NCBI GenBank assembly: GCA_964457465.1 | Contig: CAYWEJ010000002.1 | Coordinates: forward strand, 15-64,014 | Source: an uncultured Gammaproteobacteria bacterium | Lineage (GTDB): Bacteria; Patescibacteriota; Microgenomatia; Levybacterales; UBA12049 | DNA: 64,000 nucleotides | Direction of reading: 5' to 3' | Part shown: one piece after another, positions 1-9,084 of the stretch | How the letters are laid out: every line of letters begins with the position of its first letter | Position numbering within the stretch: position 1 is the stretch's first letter | Program-made: the position numbers and the translations under genes | The notes under the pieces: model-generated | Told to the model about the DNA's origin: nothing | Databases searched by the model: none | What the model saw: only the letters and a program-made list of their open reading frames with translations

Positions 1-384
1 CCAGATCGATTTTGCTTCGTTGATCAGAATTTGATTGCGAACAACGGATACCTTAGTGCAGAGCTTGATGCAGACTGGTTCGCCTGTGATCAGATGTACT
101 GCCTTGTAGGTGGGGCCAAAGCCGCCATCAGCAATTTTTTCAAGAATTTGATATCCTCCGACAACCATGTTGTCTTTTCGATCTCTCTCTCGCATATAGC
201 GAGCGAGTTTATCTGGATCACTAATGACTTCGTATGCCGTATTGATTTGTACGAGGACTTCAGGATCACCACCTTTGTCAGGGTGGTACTTTTTTGCCAA
301 ACCTCTCCATGCTCCCTCGATGGCAGCAGGATCAGCATTGGGTAAAACGCCAAGAATCTGAAATGGATCAGCAGTGCTTGTCAC
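1..384 (-). CDS. J-domain protein, N-terminal part; runs off the window start. A DnaJ-type J-domain is followed by a protein-kinase-like glycine loop.
   Basis: Manual translation of the minus strand from GTG at 384 (RBS AAGGAG at 391-396) gives MTSTADPFQILGVLPNADPAAIEGAWRGLAKKYHPDKGGDPEVLVQINTAYEVISDPDKLARYMRERDR. This is a J-domain with the diagnostic HPD motif. It continues GGYQILEKIADGGFGPTYKAVHLITGEPVCIKL, which resembles kinase subdomains I and II (GxGxFG...VAIK-like). There is no stop through position 1. The track ORFs 31..345+ and 90..353- are in other frames. Confidence 0.6.
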   Translation of the reverse strand, partial: MTSTADPFQILGVLPNADPAAIEGAWRGLAKKYHPDKGGDPEVLVQINTAYEVISDPDKLARYMRERDRKDNMVVGGYQILEKIADGGFGPTYKAVHLITGEPVCIKLCTKVSVVRNQILINEAKSIW

Positions 385-691
385 CAATTTCTCCTTTCTT
401 AAGTCTTTCTGCCAGTAGGCAGCATCTTATCTACTATTAGTAATAAATAGGATGCCACCTGCTGACATGATTTTTCGGTACTTTGTTAAAGAACGAAAAA
501 TTTCTTATTTCAGATAAAAATTATCGGAATGAAATTCGTTCGGTATTATAACACAAAAATTCCTATAGTAGTTTTTGTTTGTTCTTGTTATGTATATTGA
601 TGGTTGTATTTTATTCATACAATTTTTTGACGCTAGATAATTTTTTAAAACTTAGCCTCAAAGGAATATGAAATCACTCTTGAAAAGGGTA

Positions 692-720
692 TTGACGCTC
701 GTGGGGAAATGTAGTATCAT
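692..720 (+). promoter_or_regulatory. sigma70-like promoter upstream of tuf (TTGACG-17-TATCAT)
   Basis: TTGACG at 692-697, a 17-nt spacer, TATCAT at 715-720, about 57 nt upstream of the tuf ATG. Confidence 0.45.
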
Positions 721-729
721 ACACATAAT

Positions 730-760
730 CTCATTGAAAGAAATGAGGTTCTTTTTTTCT
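730..760 (+). promoter_or_regulatory. Hairpin plus U-tract in the tuf 5' leader (attenuator or leader stem-loop)
   Basis: CTCATT-gaaaga-AATGAG inverted repeat (730-747) followed by a T-run at 752-758, lying between the predicted -10 and the tuf start. Confidence 0.35.
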
Positions 761-776
761 TTAGGACTAAAAACAT

Positions 777-1955
777 ATGGCAACATTTAATCGCAACAAA
801 CCACATATCAATATCGGAACGATCGGCCACGTCGATCACGGTAAAACAACAACAACTGCTGCTATTGCAACAGTACTTGCTAAAAAGGGCATGGCTGAAG
901 CAAAGAAGTATGAAGATATTGATAACGCCCCAGAAGAGAAAGCTCGTGGAGTCACCATTAATATTTCTCACATTGAATACGAGACAGAAAAAAGACATTA
1001 TGCTCACATCGATGCTCCGGGTCATGCAGACTACATCAAAAACATGATTACTGGTGCAGCTCAGATGGACGGAGCAATCCTAGTTGTTTCAGCTCCTGAT
1101 GGTCCAATGCCTCAAACACGAGAACACATCCTTCTTGCATATCAGGTTGGCGTTCCAGCAATCGTTGTATATCTTAATAAGTGCGACATGGTTCAGGATG
1201 AAGAGCTTCTTGACCTTGTTGAAATGGAAATTCGCGAACTTCTTACTAAATACAAATACCCAGGTGACACAACTCCTATTATTCGAGGATCATCTCTTAA
1301 AGCTCTTGAAGGAGATGCAGCTTATGAAGATAAGATCATGGAGCTTATGAATACCGTTGATGAATATATTTCAACACCAACTCGAGATCTTGATAAGCCA
1401 TTCTTGATGCCTGTTGAGGACGTTTTCTCAATCAAGGGTCGAGGAACTGTTGTTACAGGAAGAGTTGAGCGTGGAGTTGTTAAAGTTAACGAACCTATTG
1501 AGATTGTTGGTATGAAAGCTACAACGCAGAGTGTTGTTACTGGAGTTGAGATGTTTAGAAAGCAGCTTGATCAAGGCCAGGCAGGAGACAATGTTGGTCT
1601 TCTTCTTCGAGGCGTTGAAAAAGATGATGTAGAGCGTGGACAAGTTCTTGCAAAACCAGGGTCAATTACTCCTCATACTGATTTTGAAGCAGAAGCATAC
1701 ATTCTTACTAAAGAAGAAGGCGGACGACACACACCATTCTTCAAAGGATATAGACCTCAGTTCTACATCAGAACAACTGATGTAACTGGTGAGACAGTAC
1801 TCCCAGATGGCGTAGAGATGGTTATGCCTGGAGACAGCACAAAAATGACAGTAAAACTTATTGTACCTGTAGCCCTTGAAGAAGGACTTCGATTTGCTAT
1901 CCGCGAAGGCGGAAGAACAGTCGGAGCAGGTGTAATTACTAAGATACTTAAATAA
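777..1955 (+). CDS. tuf: Elongation factor Tu
   Basis: 392 aa. [10 protein letters not shown]-loop, DAPGH, NKCD and the conserved EF-Tu C-terminal domains are present. Confidence 0.97.
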   Translation: MATFNRNKPHINIGTIGHVDHGKTTTTAAIATVLAKKGMAEAKKYEDIDNAPEEKARGVTINISHIEYETEKRHYAHIDAPGHADYIKNMITGAAQMDGAILVVSAPDGPMPQTREHILLAYQVGVPAIVVYLNKCDMVQDEELLDLVEMEIRELLTKYKYPGDTTPIIRGSSLKALEGDAAYEDKIMELMNTVDEYISTPTRDLDKPFLMPVEDVFSIKGRGTVVTGRVERGVVKVNEPIEIVGMKATTQSVVTGVEMFRKQLDQGQAGDNVGLLLRGVEKDDVERGQVLAKPGSITPHTDFEAEAYILTKEEGGRHTPFFKGYRPQFYIRTTDVTGETVLPDGVEMVMPGDSTKMTVKLIVPVALEEGLRFAIREGGRTVGAGVITKILK

Positions 1956-1985
1956 GTTGCACATTGACTGTCTGTATGGAGGTAT

Positions 1986-2294
1986 ATGCCAAAAGGAAGA
2001 ATTCGCGTTCGATTAAAAAGTTACGATGCACGAGTCATTGACTCATGTTGTCAGCAAATTTTAGATACGGCAATTAGGACCGGAGCTAAGATTGTTGGTC
2101 CCGTACCTCTTCCATCGCAGCGAAGCGTTTATGTTGTTAACAAATCCCCATTTGTTGATAAAAATGCTCGAGACCACTTTCAGATAAAGGTTCATAAGCG
2201 TTTGGTAGATATTATCTCTCCAACTGACAAAACAATAGACAGCCTAACTCATCTAGAGTTACCAGCAGGTGTAGATGTTGAGATTAAGATGTAG
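1986..2294 (+). CDS. rpsJ: 30S ribosomal protein S10
   Basis: 102 aa, MPKGRIRVRLKSYD...; canonical S10. Confidence 0.95.
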   Translation: MPKGRIRVRLKSYDARVIDSCCQQILDTAIRTGAKIVGPVPLPSQRSVYVVNKSPFVDKNARDHFQIKVHKRLVDIISPTDKTIDSLTHLELPAGVDVEIKM

Positions 2295-2390
2295 TTTCTA
2301 CACAACTAAGAATCGCATGCCCAAATCAAGAATAATTAAATATGAGGTAAACAAAGCCTAAACGAGGCTCAAATGATAAAATGAGTAGAG

Positions 2391-2415
2391 GTAGCCTAGG
2401 GGCTACTTTTTTTTT
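2391..2415 (+). terminator. Intrinsic terminator or attenuator hairpin between rpsJ and rplC
   Basis: GTAGCC-tagg-GGCTAC perfect 6-bp stem (2391-2406) followed by T9 (2407-2415), ending immediately before the rplC ATG at 2422. Confidence 0.6.
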
Positions 2416-2421
2416 GAGAAT

Positions 2422-3264
2422 ATGAATACATTATTAGGTACAAAAACACAACAAATGCAAGGATTTCTAGAAAACGGAACACGCGTCCCGCTTACGCTTG
2501 TTGTGGCTTCAGAAAACGTGATAATTTCGCAGAAGACCACTGACAAGGAAAAATATAACGCAATAACACTGGGCTTTGGTAAAACAAAAAAATCAACCAA
2601 AGCTCTTTTTGGTCAAGCAAAGAAAGCAGGGCTTTCCTACGCTCCAAGATCTCTCAAAGAGGTAAAAGTAGATGATGTAAGTAGTTTTGAAGCTGGAAAG
2701 GTAGTAGCGGTGGATGAAGTATTTAAGCCTGGAGATATCGTAGATGTACAAGGCACTTCAAAAGGAAAAGGATTTGCTGGGGGAGTAAAGCGATACAACT
2801 TCCGAGGTGGTCCAAAAACACACGGACAATCTGATAGACATCGCGCTCCAGGATCAATTGGGTCAGGTACTACACCAGGAAGAGTGTATAAAGGTAAAAG
2901 AATGGCAGGAAACATGGGAAATGACACTGTTACTGTTAAAAATCTCGTTGTTATCGATGTTGATACTGCAAAAAGCACCCTTCTTATCAAAGGGCTTGTT
3001 CCAGGAATCATCGGCGGAACAGTGGTTGTGACTAAGGTTGGCGAAGTAAAAGAGAAAAATTTTGTTCCTCTTTATAAAGCAACTTCAGAAACTCCAACAG
3101 ACGAGGCTTCAGTTGAAGAAGTGCAAGAGCAGGTTGAACCTCAAGAAGTAGTTGCTGAAGCGGCTGCTGTAGAAGAGGCAAAGGTAGAAGAAGTCGCAGT
3201 TGAAGAGTCTCCAAAAGAAGAAGAACAAAAAGCAGAAGAGGTAAAGGAGGAAAACAATGGATAA
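2422..3264 (+). CDS. rplC: 50S ribosomal protein L3 with an acidic low-complexity C-terminal extension of about 70 aa
   Basis: The L3 core motifs are present (FKPGDIVDVQGTSKGKGFAG, GGPKTHGQSDRHRAPGSIG). The E/V/A/K-rich tail spans about aa 205-280. Confidence 0.93.
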   Translation: MNTLLGTKTQQMQGFLENGTRVPLTLVVASENVIISQKTTDKEKYNAITLGFGKTKKSTKALFGQAKKAGLSYAPRSLKEVKVDDVSSFEAGKVVAVDEVFKPGDIVDVQGTSKGKGFAGGVKRYNFRGGPKTHGQSDRHRAPGSIGSGTTPGRVYKGKRMAGNMGNDTVTVKNLVVIDVDTAKSTLLIKGLVPGIIGGTVVVTKVGEVKEKNFVPLYKATSETPTDEASVEEVQEQVEPQEVVAEAAAVEEAKVEEVAVEESPKEEEQKAEEVKEENNG

Positions 3265-4003
3265 AGCACAAACAAAAAAAGTAACTAAAGCCAAAAAGAC
3301 AACTGAAGTGGTAAAGAGCACTGTCAAAACAGTAACACCATCAGCAAAAGGTCTCAGTGTTGATACTTTTGATATTGCAGGTAAAGTAATTGGCAAAACA
3401 GAGCTTCCAAAGGAGATTTTTGGAGCAAAGGTAAATCCAGCTCTTATGACTCAGGCAGTTCGTGTCTATCTAGCAAATCAGCGCTTGGGAACACAGTCTA
3501 CTAAAACTCGAGGAGAGGTCACTGGTTCGACAAGAAAAATTTATCGTCAAAAAGGTACAGGTAGAGCTCGTCACGGTGGTATAACTGCTCCAATTTTTGT
3601 TGGAGGAGGAGTTGCACTTGGTCCAAAACCACGAAGTCACGCTATGGATTTGCCTCAGAAGATGCGAAGAAGCGCGCTTTCGTCAGCACTTTCAAGCAAG
3701 CTTTCAAGCGATAGTGTCAGAATTGTTGACGGCTATGAAAAATTGCCTCTTAAGACAAAAGGATTTGTTACAGCATTGACAAAATTGGGTATTGAAGAGA
3801 AGAAGCGAAAGGTGCTTTTGGTGCTTCCAGGAAAGCTTGAGAACGTACAGAAAGCATCACGAAATGTTGAGGGAGTTCATTTTATTCTGGCTAACCAGCT
3901 TAATACGTATGAAGTTCTTAACAGTCGATCAATTGTTATTTTGAAATCTGCTATCGATACCATTGAAAAAACCTTTATACCAAAGAAAGGAGAGACAGTA
4001 TGA
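3257..4003 (+). CDS. rplD: 50S ribosomal protein L4, with a basic N-terminal extension
   Basis: 248 aa. QKGTGRARHG motif. Position in the operon matches L4. Confidence 0.93.
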   Translation: MDKAQTKKVTKAKKTTEVVKSTVKTVTPSAKGLSVDTFDIAGKVIGKTELPKEIFGAKVNPALMTQAVRVYLANQRLGTQSTKTRGEVTGSTRKIYRQKGTGRARHGGITAPIFVGGGVALGPKPRSHAMDLPQKMRRSALSSALSSKLSSDSVRIVDGYEKLPLKTKGFVTALTKLGIEEKKRKVLLVLPGKLENVQKASRNVEGVHFILANQLNTYEVLNSRSIVILKSAIDTIEKTFIPKKGETV

Positions 4004-4287
4004 GGCATATTCTTATCTCCCCAATTATAACTGAGAGATCTATGGCGATGGTGAAGAGAGGTAAATTTTCTTTTCTTGTTTCGTCTCAGGCGGACAAGGA
4101 GGCTATTAAAAAAGCTGTAAATAGTACCTTTGGTGTAGATGTGACTTCGATTGAGACATCAGTGCAAAAAGGAAAAACAAAAAGAGTTGGTATGAGAAGA
4201 GCTGAAAAAAGTCTTCAGGCGACAAAAAAGGCAGTTGTCTCACTAAAAGAGGGGCAAAAAATTGACATTTTTGATCTTGGAGTATAA
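4000..4287 (+). CDS. rplW: 50S ribosomal protein L23
   Basis: 95 aa. L23 fold signature and operon position. Confidence 0.92.
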   Translation: MRHILISPIITERSMAMVKRGKFSFLVSSQADKEAIKKAVNSTFGVDVTSIETSVQKGKTKRVGMRRAEKSLQATKKAVVSLKEGQKIDIFDLGV

Positions 4288-4319
4288 GATTGTGCCTTCT
4301 GTTTTGAAGGAGAAGAAAT

Positions 4320-5060
4320 ATGAGACATTTATTACAAATTAAAAAGAAACATTCAGGAAGAGGCTCATCAGGCCAGGTTGTTGTCCGTCATCAAGGTGGT
4401 CAGCACAAAAGATACCTCCGTTTGATCGACTTTAAACGAGATAAGACTAATATTGAAGGTAAAGTTGTGGCAATTGAGTACGATCCAAACAGAACATGTG
4501 ACATTGCGCTTGTTCAATATACAGACGGCGAGAAGCGTTTTATTCTTGCTCCTGAAGGGTTAAAAGTTGGAGCTAAGATTAAAGCTGGTCCGAAAGCAGA
4601 TATTAAGCTTGGAAATGCACTTCCAATGGAAAGAATGCCCTTGGGTACGGTTGTTCATAATGTCGAGCTTACGCCTGGAAAAGGTGGGCAGCTCGCAAGA
4701 GGCGCTGGAGCTGCTGCTATGATTACAGCTCGTGAGGCAGGGTTTATTCATTTAAAGATGCCCTCAGGAGAGTTGCGTCGGGTATCTGAGAAAGGGTTTG
4801 CAACTGTAGGGCAAGTAGGTAATATTGACTGGAAAAATGAAATTATTGGAAAAGCAGGTAGATCTCGACATATGGGTATCAGGCCATCAGTTCGAGGAGT
4901 TGCGATGAATCCACGATCCCACCCTCATGGAGGAGGAGAAGGAAGATCTGGTATTGGTATGCCGAGCCCAAAAACATATGCTGGACGAAAAGCTGTTGGA
5001 AAGACACGAAGACCAAATAAATATTCAGATAAATATATTTTGCAAAGGAGAAAGAAATAA
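4320..5060 (+). CDS. rplB: 50S ribosomal protein L2, shorter at the N-terminus than in E. coli
   Basis: 246 aa. [28 protein letters not shown] and HPHGGGEGR motifs. An in-frame stop at 4305-4307 excludes a longer N-terminus. RBS GAAGGAG at 4306-4312. Confidence 0.94.
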   Translation: MRHLLQIKKKHSGRGSSGQVVVRHQGGQHKRYLRLIDFKRDKTNIEGKVVAIEYDPNRTCDIALVQYTDGEKRFILAPEGLKVGAKIKAGPKADIKLGNALPMERMPLGTVVHNVELTPGKGGQLARGAGAAAMITAREAGFIHLKMPSGELRRVSEKGFATVGQVGNIDWKNEIIGKAGRSRHMGIRPSVRGVAMNPRSHPHGGGEGRSGIGMPSPKTYAGRKAVGKTRRPNKYSDKYILQRRKK

Positions 5061-5062
5061 TT

Positions 5063-5347
5063 ATGGCACGATCACTTAAAAAAGGTCCATTATTGGACGA
5101 AAAATTATTTAAAAAAGTTATGGCTCAAAAAGACGGTGGACAAAAAACCGCTATCAAAACCTGGTCACGAGCTTGTCAAATCCCACCAGAGTTTGTTGGA
5201 CATACCTTTGCAGTTCATAACGGAAGAATCTTTGTCAGTGTTCTTGTTAGCGAATCAATGGTAGGCCATAGGCTTGGCGAGTTTGCTCCAACAAGAACAT
5301 TTAGAGGTCATGGACGAGTTGTGGCTCGAGAGATCTCAAAGACATAA
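5063..5347 (+). CDS. rpsS: 30S ribosomal protein S19
   Basis: 94 aa, MARSLKKGP...HNGR. Confidence 0.95.
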   Translation: MARSLKKGPLLDEKLFKKVMAQKDGGQKTAIKTWSRACQIPPEFVGHTFAVHNGRIFVSVLVSESMVGHRLGEFAPTRTFRGHGRVVAREISKT

Positions 5348-5357
5348 TGATATAACT

Positions 5358-5696
5358 ATGAAAATAACAGCAACATCAAATCAAGTTAGAATTAGTCCAA
5401 GAAAAGTAAGATTGGTAGCAGATAGTATTCGCAGTCTTTCTTTAGAAGATGCCTTTGCATCATTAAGCGTTACTAGAAAGCGTGGAGCTAGTATTCTTGA
5501 AAAAACTTTAGCAAGCGCAGTTGCAAACGCAGTAAATAACGCAAAGCTACAGAGAGAAAGTCTCCATATTGCTGAGATCGTTGTTAGTGAAGGACCAGCT
5601 TTGAAAAGATATCATGCATCAACAAGGGGAAGAATTCATCCGTATAAAAAGAGAAGTAGTAACGTAAAAATTGTATTAGAGGAGGTTAAAAAATAA
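5358..5696 (+). CDS. rplV: 50S ribosomal protein L22
   Basis: The start is set at the ATG at 5358 (MKITATSNQVRISPRKVRL...). The longer track ORF from 5274 would overlap S19. Confidence 0.9.
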   Translation: MKITATSNQVRISPRKVRLVADSIRSLSLEDAFASLSVTRKRGASILEKTLASAVANAVNNAKLQRESLHIAEIVVSEGPALKRYHASTRGRIHPYKKRSSNVKIVLEEVKK

Positions 5697-6346
5697 TGGG
5701 ACAAAAAGTAAATCCGCATCTTATTAGACTTAAAACTGTTCATGACTGGAGTAGTCGATGGTTTAATGAAAAAAACTATAAAGAGGTATTGCTTGAAGAC
5801 TATGCTCTCAGAACGCTTTTGATGGATAAGCTTAAGCTGGCTGGTATCAGTCTTGTTGAGATTGAGAGATCAATTAACAATGTAAAAATAATCGTGCACG
5901 TTGCTCGTCCAGGAATTGTAATTGGCCGAGGCGGTTCAGGAATCGAGGAGCTTAAAAAAATGCTTCAACAGTTCTTTATTAAACAGGGAAAAACTGGTAA
6001 AATGATGCCTCGATTTGACCTTCGAGTCGAACAGGTAAAAGATCCAAATCTCAATTCATACCTTGTCGCGAAGAATATCTCAGAGGGACTTATTAGAAGA
6101 CTCTCTTTCAAGAGGGTCTTAGCGCAGACTGCAGATAGAGTTATGAATTCAGGAGCGTTAGGCGTGCGAGTAGTGTTATCAGGAAGAATTAATGGTTCTG
6201 AGATCGGACGAAGAGAGAAGATTCAGGTTGGTACCGTGCCATTGTCAACAATTAGAGCAAACATTGATTATGCAGAGTACCCAGCTCTTACAAAGAAAGG
6301 GTATATCGGAGTCAAGGTCTGGATTAATAGACCAGAGGAGAAATAA
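5696..6346 (+). CDS. rpsC: 30S ribosomal protein S3
   Basis: 216 aa, [12 protein letters not shown]..., KH and S3-C domains. Confidence 0.95.
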   Translation: MGQKVNPHLIRLKTVHDWSSRWFNEKNYKEVLLEDYALRTLLMDKLKLAGISLVEIERSINNVKIIVHVARPGIVIGRGGSGIEELKKMLQQFFIKQGKTGKMMPRFDLRVEQVKDPNLNSYLVAKNISEGLIRRLSFKRVLAQTADRVMNSGALGVRVVLSGRINGSEIGRREKIQVGTVPLSTIRANIDYAEYPALTKKGYIGVKVWINRPEEK

Positions 6347-6348
6347 CT

Positions 6349-6762
6349 ATGTTAGTACCAAGAAGAGTTAAGTACCGAAAACAAATGAGAGGCAGGATGA
6401 AGGGGGATGCTTATCGTGGCACAACGCTTGCCTTTGGTGAGTTTGGCTTGGTTACTGAGTCACAAGGATGGATTTCAAGTAGACAAATAGAGTCAGCTCG
6501 ACGTGCTATCGCTCATTATACGCAACGTGGTGGAAGGACATGGATCAGAATTTTTCCAGATAAGCCTGTTACTAAAAAGCCGCCAGAGGTCCGAATGGGC
6601 GGAGGAAAGGGAGATGTCGAAGAGCATGTGGCGCCTGTATTACCAGGAAGAGTACTTTTTGAAATGGCAGGAGTGACTGGTGATATTGCTCAGGAAGCTT
6701 TGCGTTTGGCATCACACAAATTGCCAGTAAAAACAAAGTTTATTAGTAAAAAAGGAAGATAA
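6349..6762 (+). CDS. rplP: 50S ribosomal protein L16
   Basis: 137 aa, [19 protein letters not shown]... Confidence 0.95.
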   Translation: MLVPRRVKYRKQMRGRMKGDAYRGTTLAFGEFGLVTESQGWISSRQIESARRAIAHYTQRGGRTWIRIFPDKPVTKKPPEVRMGGGKGDVEEHVAPVLPGRVLFEMAGVTGDIAQEALRLASHKLPVKTKFISKKGR

Positions 6763-6764
6763 CT

Positions 6765-6980
6765 ATGAAATTAAAAGTAAAACAAGAAATAAGAAATAGT
6801 TCAATTGACGAGTTACAGAAAAAAATTGCTGAAGCAAGAAAAAGTCTTTCTGGGGCAACTCTTGATCATAAGCAATTTAAGTTGAAAAATGTTAGATCGT
6901 TAACTCATATGAGAAAAGAAATAGCAGTAATGCTTACCATCTTGAAAGAAAAGGAGACGCAACATGGCGAAAACGCTTAA
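6765..6980 (+). CDS. rpmC: 50S ribosomal protein L29
   Basis: 71 aa, helical. Position between L16 and S17. Confidence 0.85.
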   Translation: MKLKVKQEIRNSSIDELQKKIAEARKSLSGATLDHKQFKLKNVRSLTHMRKEIAVMLTILKEKETQHGENA

Positions 6981-7221
6981 GGGATTTGTTACATCAGTTG
7001 GTATGAAAAATACAGCAGTTGTTGAGGTATTTCGACAAGTGCCTCATCCTTTGTACAAAAAATTATTAAAACGAAGTAAAAAGTACAAGATTGAAACAGG
7101 CGATGCTTCACTTTCAGTTGGTGACTTTGTAGCAATTGAAGAAACAAAGCCACTATCAAAGGATAAGTATTTTAAGTTTGCTTCAGTAATTACTAGTGTA
7201 AAGGAGGCAAAACACGAATGA
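6964..7221 (+). CDS. rpsQ: 30S ribosomal protein S17
   Basis: 85 aa, [16 protein letters not shown]... Confidence 0.92.
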   Translation: MAKTLKGFVTSVGMKNTAVVEVFRQVPHPLYKKLLKRSKKYKIETGDASLSVGDFVAIEETKPLSKDKYFKFASVITSVKEAKHE

Positions 7222-7592
7222 TTCAACATAGAACAATGCTATCCGTAGCTGATAATTCAGGAGCAAAAATTATTCAAGTGATCCATATTTTTGGTGGATC
7301 TACAAGACGAAAAGGGACAATTGGATCTGTTGTGAACGCTGTTGTGAAGCAGGCTGCTCCTCATGGAAACGTAAAAGAGGGAGAAATTGTGAAGGCAGTT
7401 ATTGTGAGGACACGAAAAGAATATGGTAGAAATGACGGTTCTTACATACGGTTTACTGATAATGCTGGAGTACTCATTGATTCACTTAAGGATAAGAATC
7501 CAAGAGGTACCCGTATCTTTGGTCCGATTGCTCGCGAAGTTAAAGATCTTGGTTTTAATAAAATTGCCAGTATGGCAGTGGAGGTTATTTAA
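7218..7592 (+). CDS. rplN: 50S ribosomal protein L14
   Basis: 124 aa, [17 protein letters not shown]... Confidence 0.95.
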   Translation: MIQHRTMLSVADNSGAKIIQVIHIFGGSTRRKGTIGSVVNAVVKQAAPHGNVKEGEIVKAVIVRTRKEYGRNDGSYIRFTDNAGVLIDSLKDKNPRGTRIFGPIAREVKDLGFNKIASMAVEVI

Positions 7593-7601
7593 GGAGAATA
7601 T

Positions 7602-7907
7602 ATGAAATTGCATAAAAACGATTTAGTTATAGTAACAGCAGGAAAAGAAAAAGGAAAAACAGGAAAAGTTGAGAAGATTTTTGCTTCAGATTCAAAGGTT
7701 TTGGTCGAAGGACTTAATCTATACAAAAGACATATTAAAGCTAGAGCGCAAGGACAGAAGTCAGAAATTGTAACTATCTCAAAGCCTCTTTCAGTGGGCA
7801 ATGTTGCATTAGTTTGCCCAAAATGCAAGAAGCAGACTAGAGTGGCTTATCAAGTTACTAAAGATACAAAACAAAGAATTTGTAGTAAATGTAAAGGAGA
7901 AATTTAA
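7602..7907 (+). CDS. rplX: 50S ribosomal protein L24 with a C-terminal CxxC...CxxC zinc ribbon
   Basis: 101 aa. KOW motif DLVIVTAGKEKGKTGKV. C-terminus CPKCKKQ...CSKCKGEI. Confidence 0.9.
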   Translation: MKLHKNDLVIVTAGKEKGKTGKVEKIFASDSKVLVEGLNLYKRHIKARAQGQKSEIVTISKPLSVGNVALVCPKCKKQTRVAYQVTKDTKQRICSKCKGEI

Positions 7908-7909
7908 CT

Positions 7910-8461
7910 ATGGATAACTTACAAATAAGATATACAAAAACAATTAAGCAAGACCTTCAGAAGTCGTTAGGCATTAAAAATCCTATGGCAACACCTCATT
8001 TGGTTAAGATCGTCGTAAATATGGGTGTAAAAGATGCTGTGGCTGATAAAAAGAATGTTGAAAAAGCTGGCAACGCACTTTCTCAGATAACTGGTCAAAA
8101 AGCTCGTGTTGCAAAGGCAAAAAAATCTATCGCGTCATTTAAGCTTCGTGAAGGAGAACCAATTGGCGTTATGGTAACACTTCGTGGAAAAAGAATGTAT
8201 GACTTTTTTGAAAAATTGAATTCGATTGTTCTTCCACGTATTAAAGATTTTCATGGAATTCGAAGAAGTAGTTTTGATGGACTAGGAAACTATACGCTTG
8301 GTCTTTCGGAATATACAGTTTTTCCTGAGATTGATCCATCAACGGTTGATAAAGTCCAAGGTCTTGAGATCGTCATAGTAACTTCTGCTGGAAATGATCA
8401 AAATGCATTAGCACTACTGGAGTCATTAGGGGCTCCATTTGAGAAAGGAGCATCACTGTAA
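7910..8461 (+). CDS. rplE: 50S ribosomal protein L5
   Basis: 183 aa. Canonical L5 sequence and operon position. Confidence 0.94.
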   Translation: MDNLQIRYTKTIKQDLQKSLGIKNPMATPHLVKIVVNMGVKDAVADKKNVEKAGNALSQITGQKARVAKAKKSIASFKLREGEPIGVMVTLRGKRMYDFFEKLNSIVLPRIKDFHGIRRSSFDGLGNYTLGLSEYTVFPEIDPSTVDKVQGLEIVIVTSAGNDQNALALLESLGAPFEKGASL

Positions 8462-8500
8462 GCTTGTTTTCTGAGGCTAAAACACTTATAATGAGAGGCT

Positions 8501-8686
8501 ATGGCAAAAACATCTGATATCGTAAAATTTCAAAAGAAACAAAAGTTTGACGTTCGACACGTTAATCGATGTGCACTTTGTGGAAGATCAAGAGCATATC
8601 TTAGACGATTTGGACTTTGTAGGCTCTGTTTTAGAGAGAGAGCGCAGAAAGGAGAACTTCCAGGAGTCGTAAAAGCGAGTTGGTAA
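8501..8686 (+). CDS. rpsZ: 30S ribosomal protein S14, zinc-binding type Z
   Basis: 61 aa with CALCGRS...CRLCFRE. Confidence 0.93.
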   Translation: MAKTSDIVKFQKKQKFDVRHVNRCALCGRSRAYLRRFGLCRLCFRERAQKGELPGVVKASW

Positions 8687-8693
8687 GTAAGAT

Positions 8694-9083
8694 ATGTATA
8701 GCGTAGCAGATTTTGTTATTAGAGTTAAAAATGCATCATATGCGCATCGTAAGGAAGTTGTCATGCCATATTCAAAGATCGTAAAAGCAATTGCGAAGCT
8801 TTTGGTGAAAGAAGGATTTCTTGCTGATGTTCGTGATGCTGAGCAAGACGGAAAAAAGACAGTTAATGTTGGTATCCGCTATGTTCGTCGAAAACCTGTT
8901 GTAAGCGAGGTAGAAATTTTATCAAAGCCATCTCTCCGTTTGTATTTTTCTAGTAGTGAGCTCAAAAATGAACAACGAAAGAAATCCCTTACTATGGTTG
9001 TTTCAACAAGTCAGGGAATTATGACTGCAAAAGAAGCGTTGAAGAAAGGACTTGGAGGAGAACTTCTCTTCAAGATTGGATAA
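8694..9083 (+). CDS. rpsH: 30S ribosomal protein S8
   Basis: 129 aa. S8 signature and position. Confidence 0.93.
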   Translation: MYSVADFVIRVKNASYAHRKEVVMPYSKIVKAIAKLLVKEGFLADVRDAEQDGKKTVNVGIRYVRRKPVVSEVEILSKPSLRLYFSSSELKNEQRKKSLTMVVSTSQGIMTAKEALKKGLGGELLFKIG

Positions 9084-9084
9084 T

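Noticed and set aside
31-353. Track ORFs 31..345(+) and 90..353(-) at the window start
   Set aside because: Both are in frames different from the minus-strand frame that encodes an uninterrupted J-domain with an HPD motif through position 1. Their sequences have no recognisable motifs and lie entirely within that gene.
420-700. Searched the long tuf-upstream spacer for tRNA, SRP RNA or 6S RNA genes
   Set aside because: No cloverleaf-compatible segment and no SRP domain IV or 6S-like structure were recognisable. The sequence is AT-rich with only weak local hairpins.
865-1964. Several short ORFs (865..1047+, 1084..1350+, 1428..1643-, 1662..1964-) overlapping tuf
   Set aside because: Alternate-frame or antisense ORFs inside the unambiguous EF-Tu coding sequence, with low-complexity translations.
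3032-3396. Antisense ORFs 3032..3271(-) and 3109..3396(-) with L/P/Q-rich translations
   Set aside because: Reverse complement of the acidic low-complexity tail of rplC and the start of rplD. Repetitive codons create long antisense open frames.
5274-5357. N-terminal extension of the L22 ORF overlapping the S19 gene
   Set aside because: L22 homology begins at the ATG at 5358. The upstream part is S19 coding sequence read in another frame.
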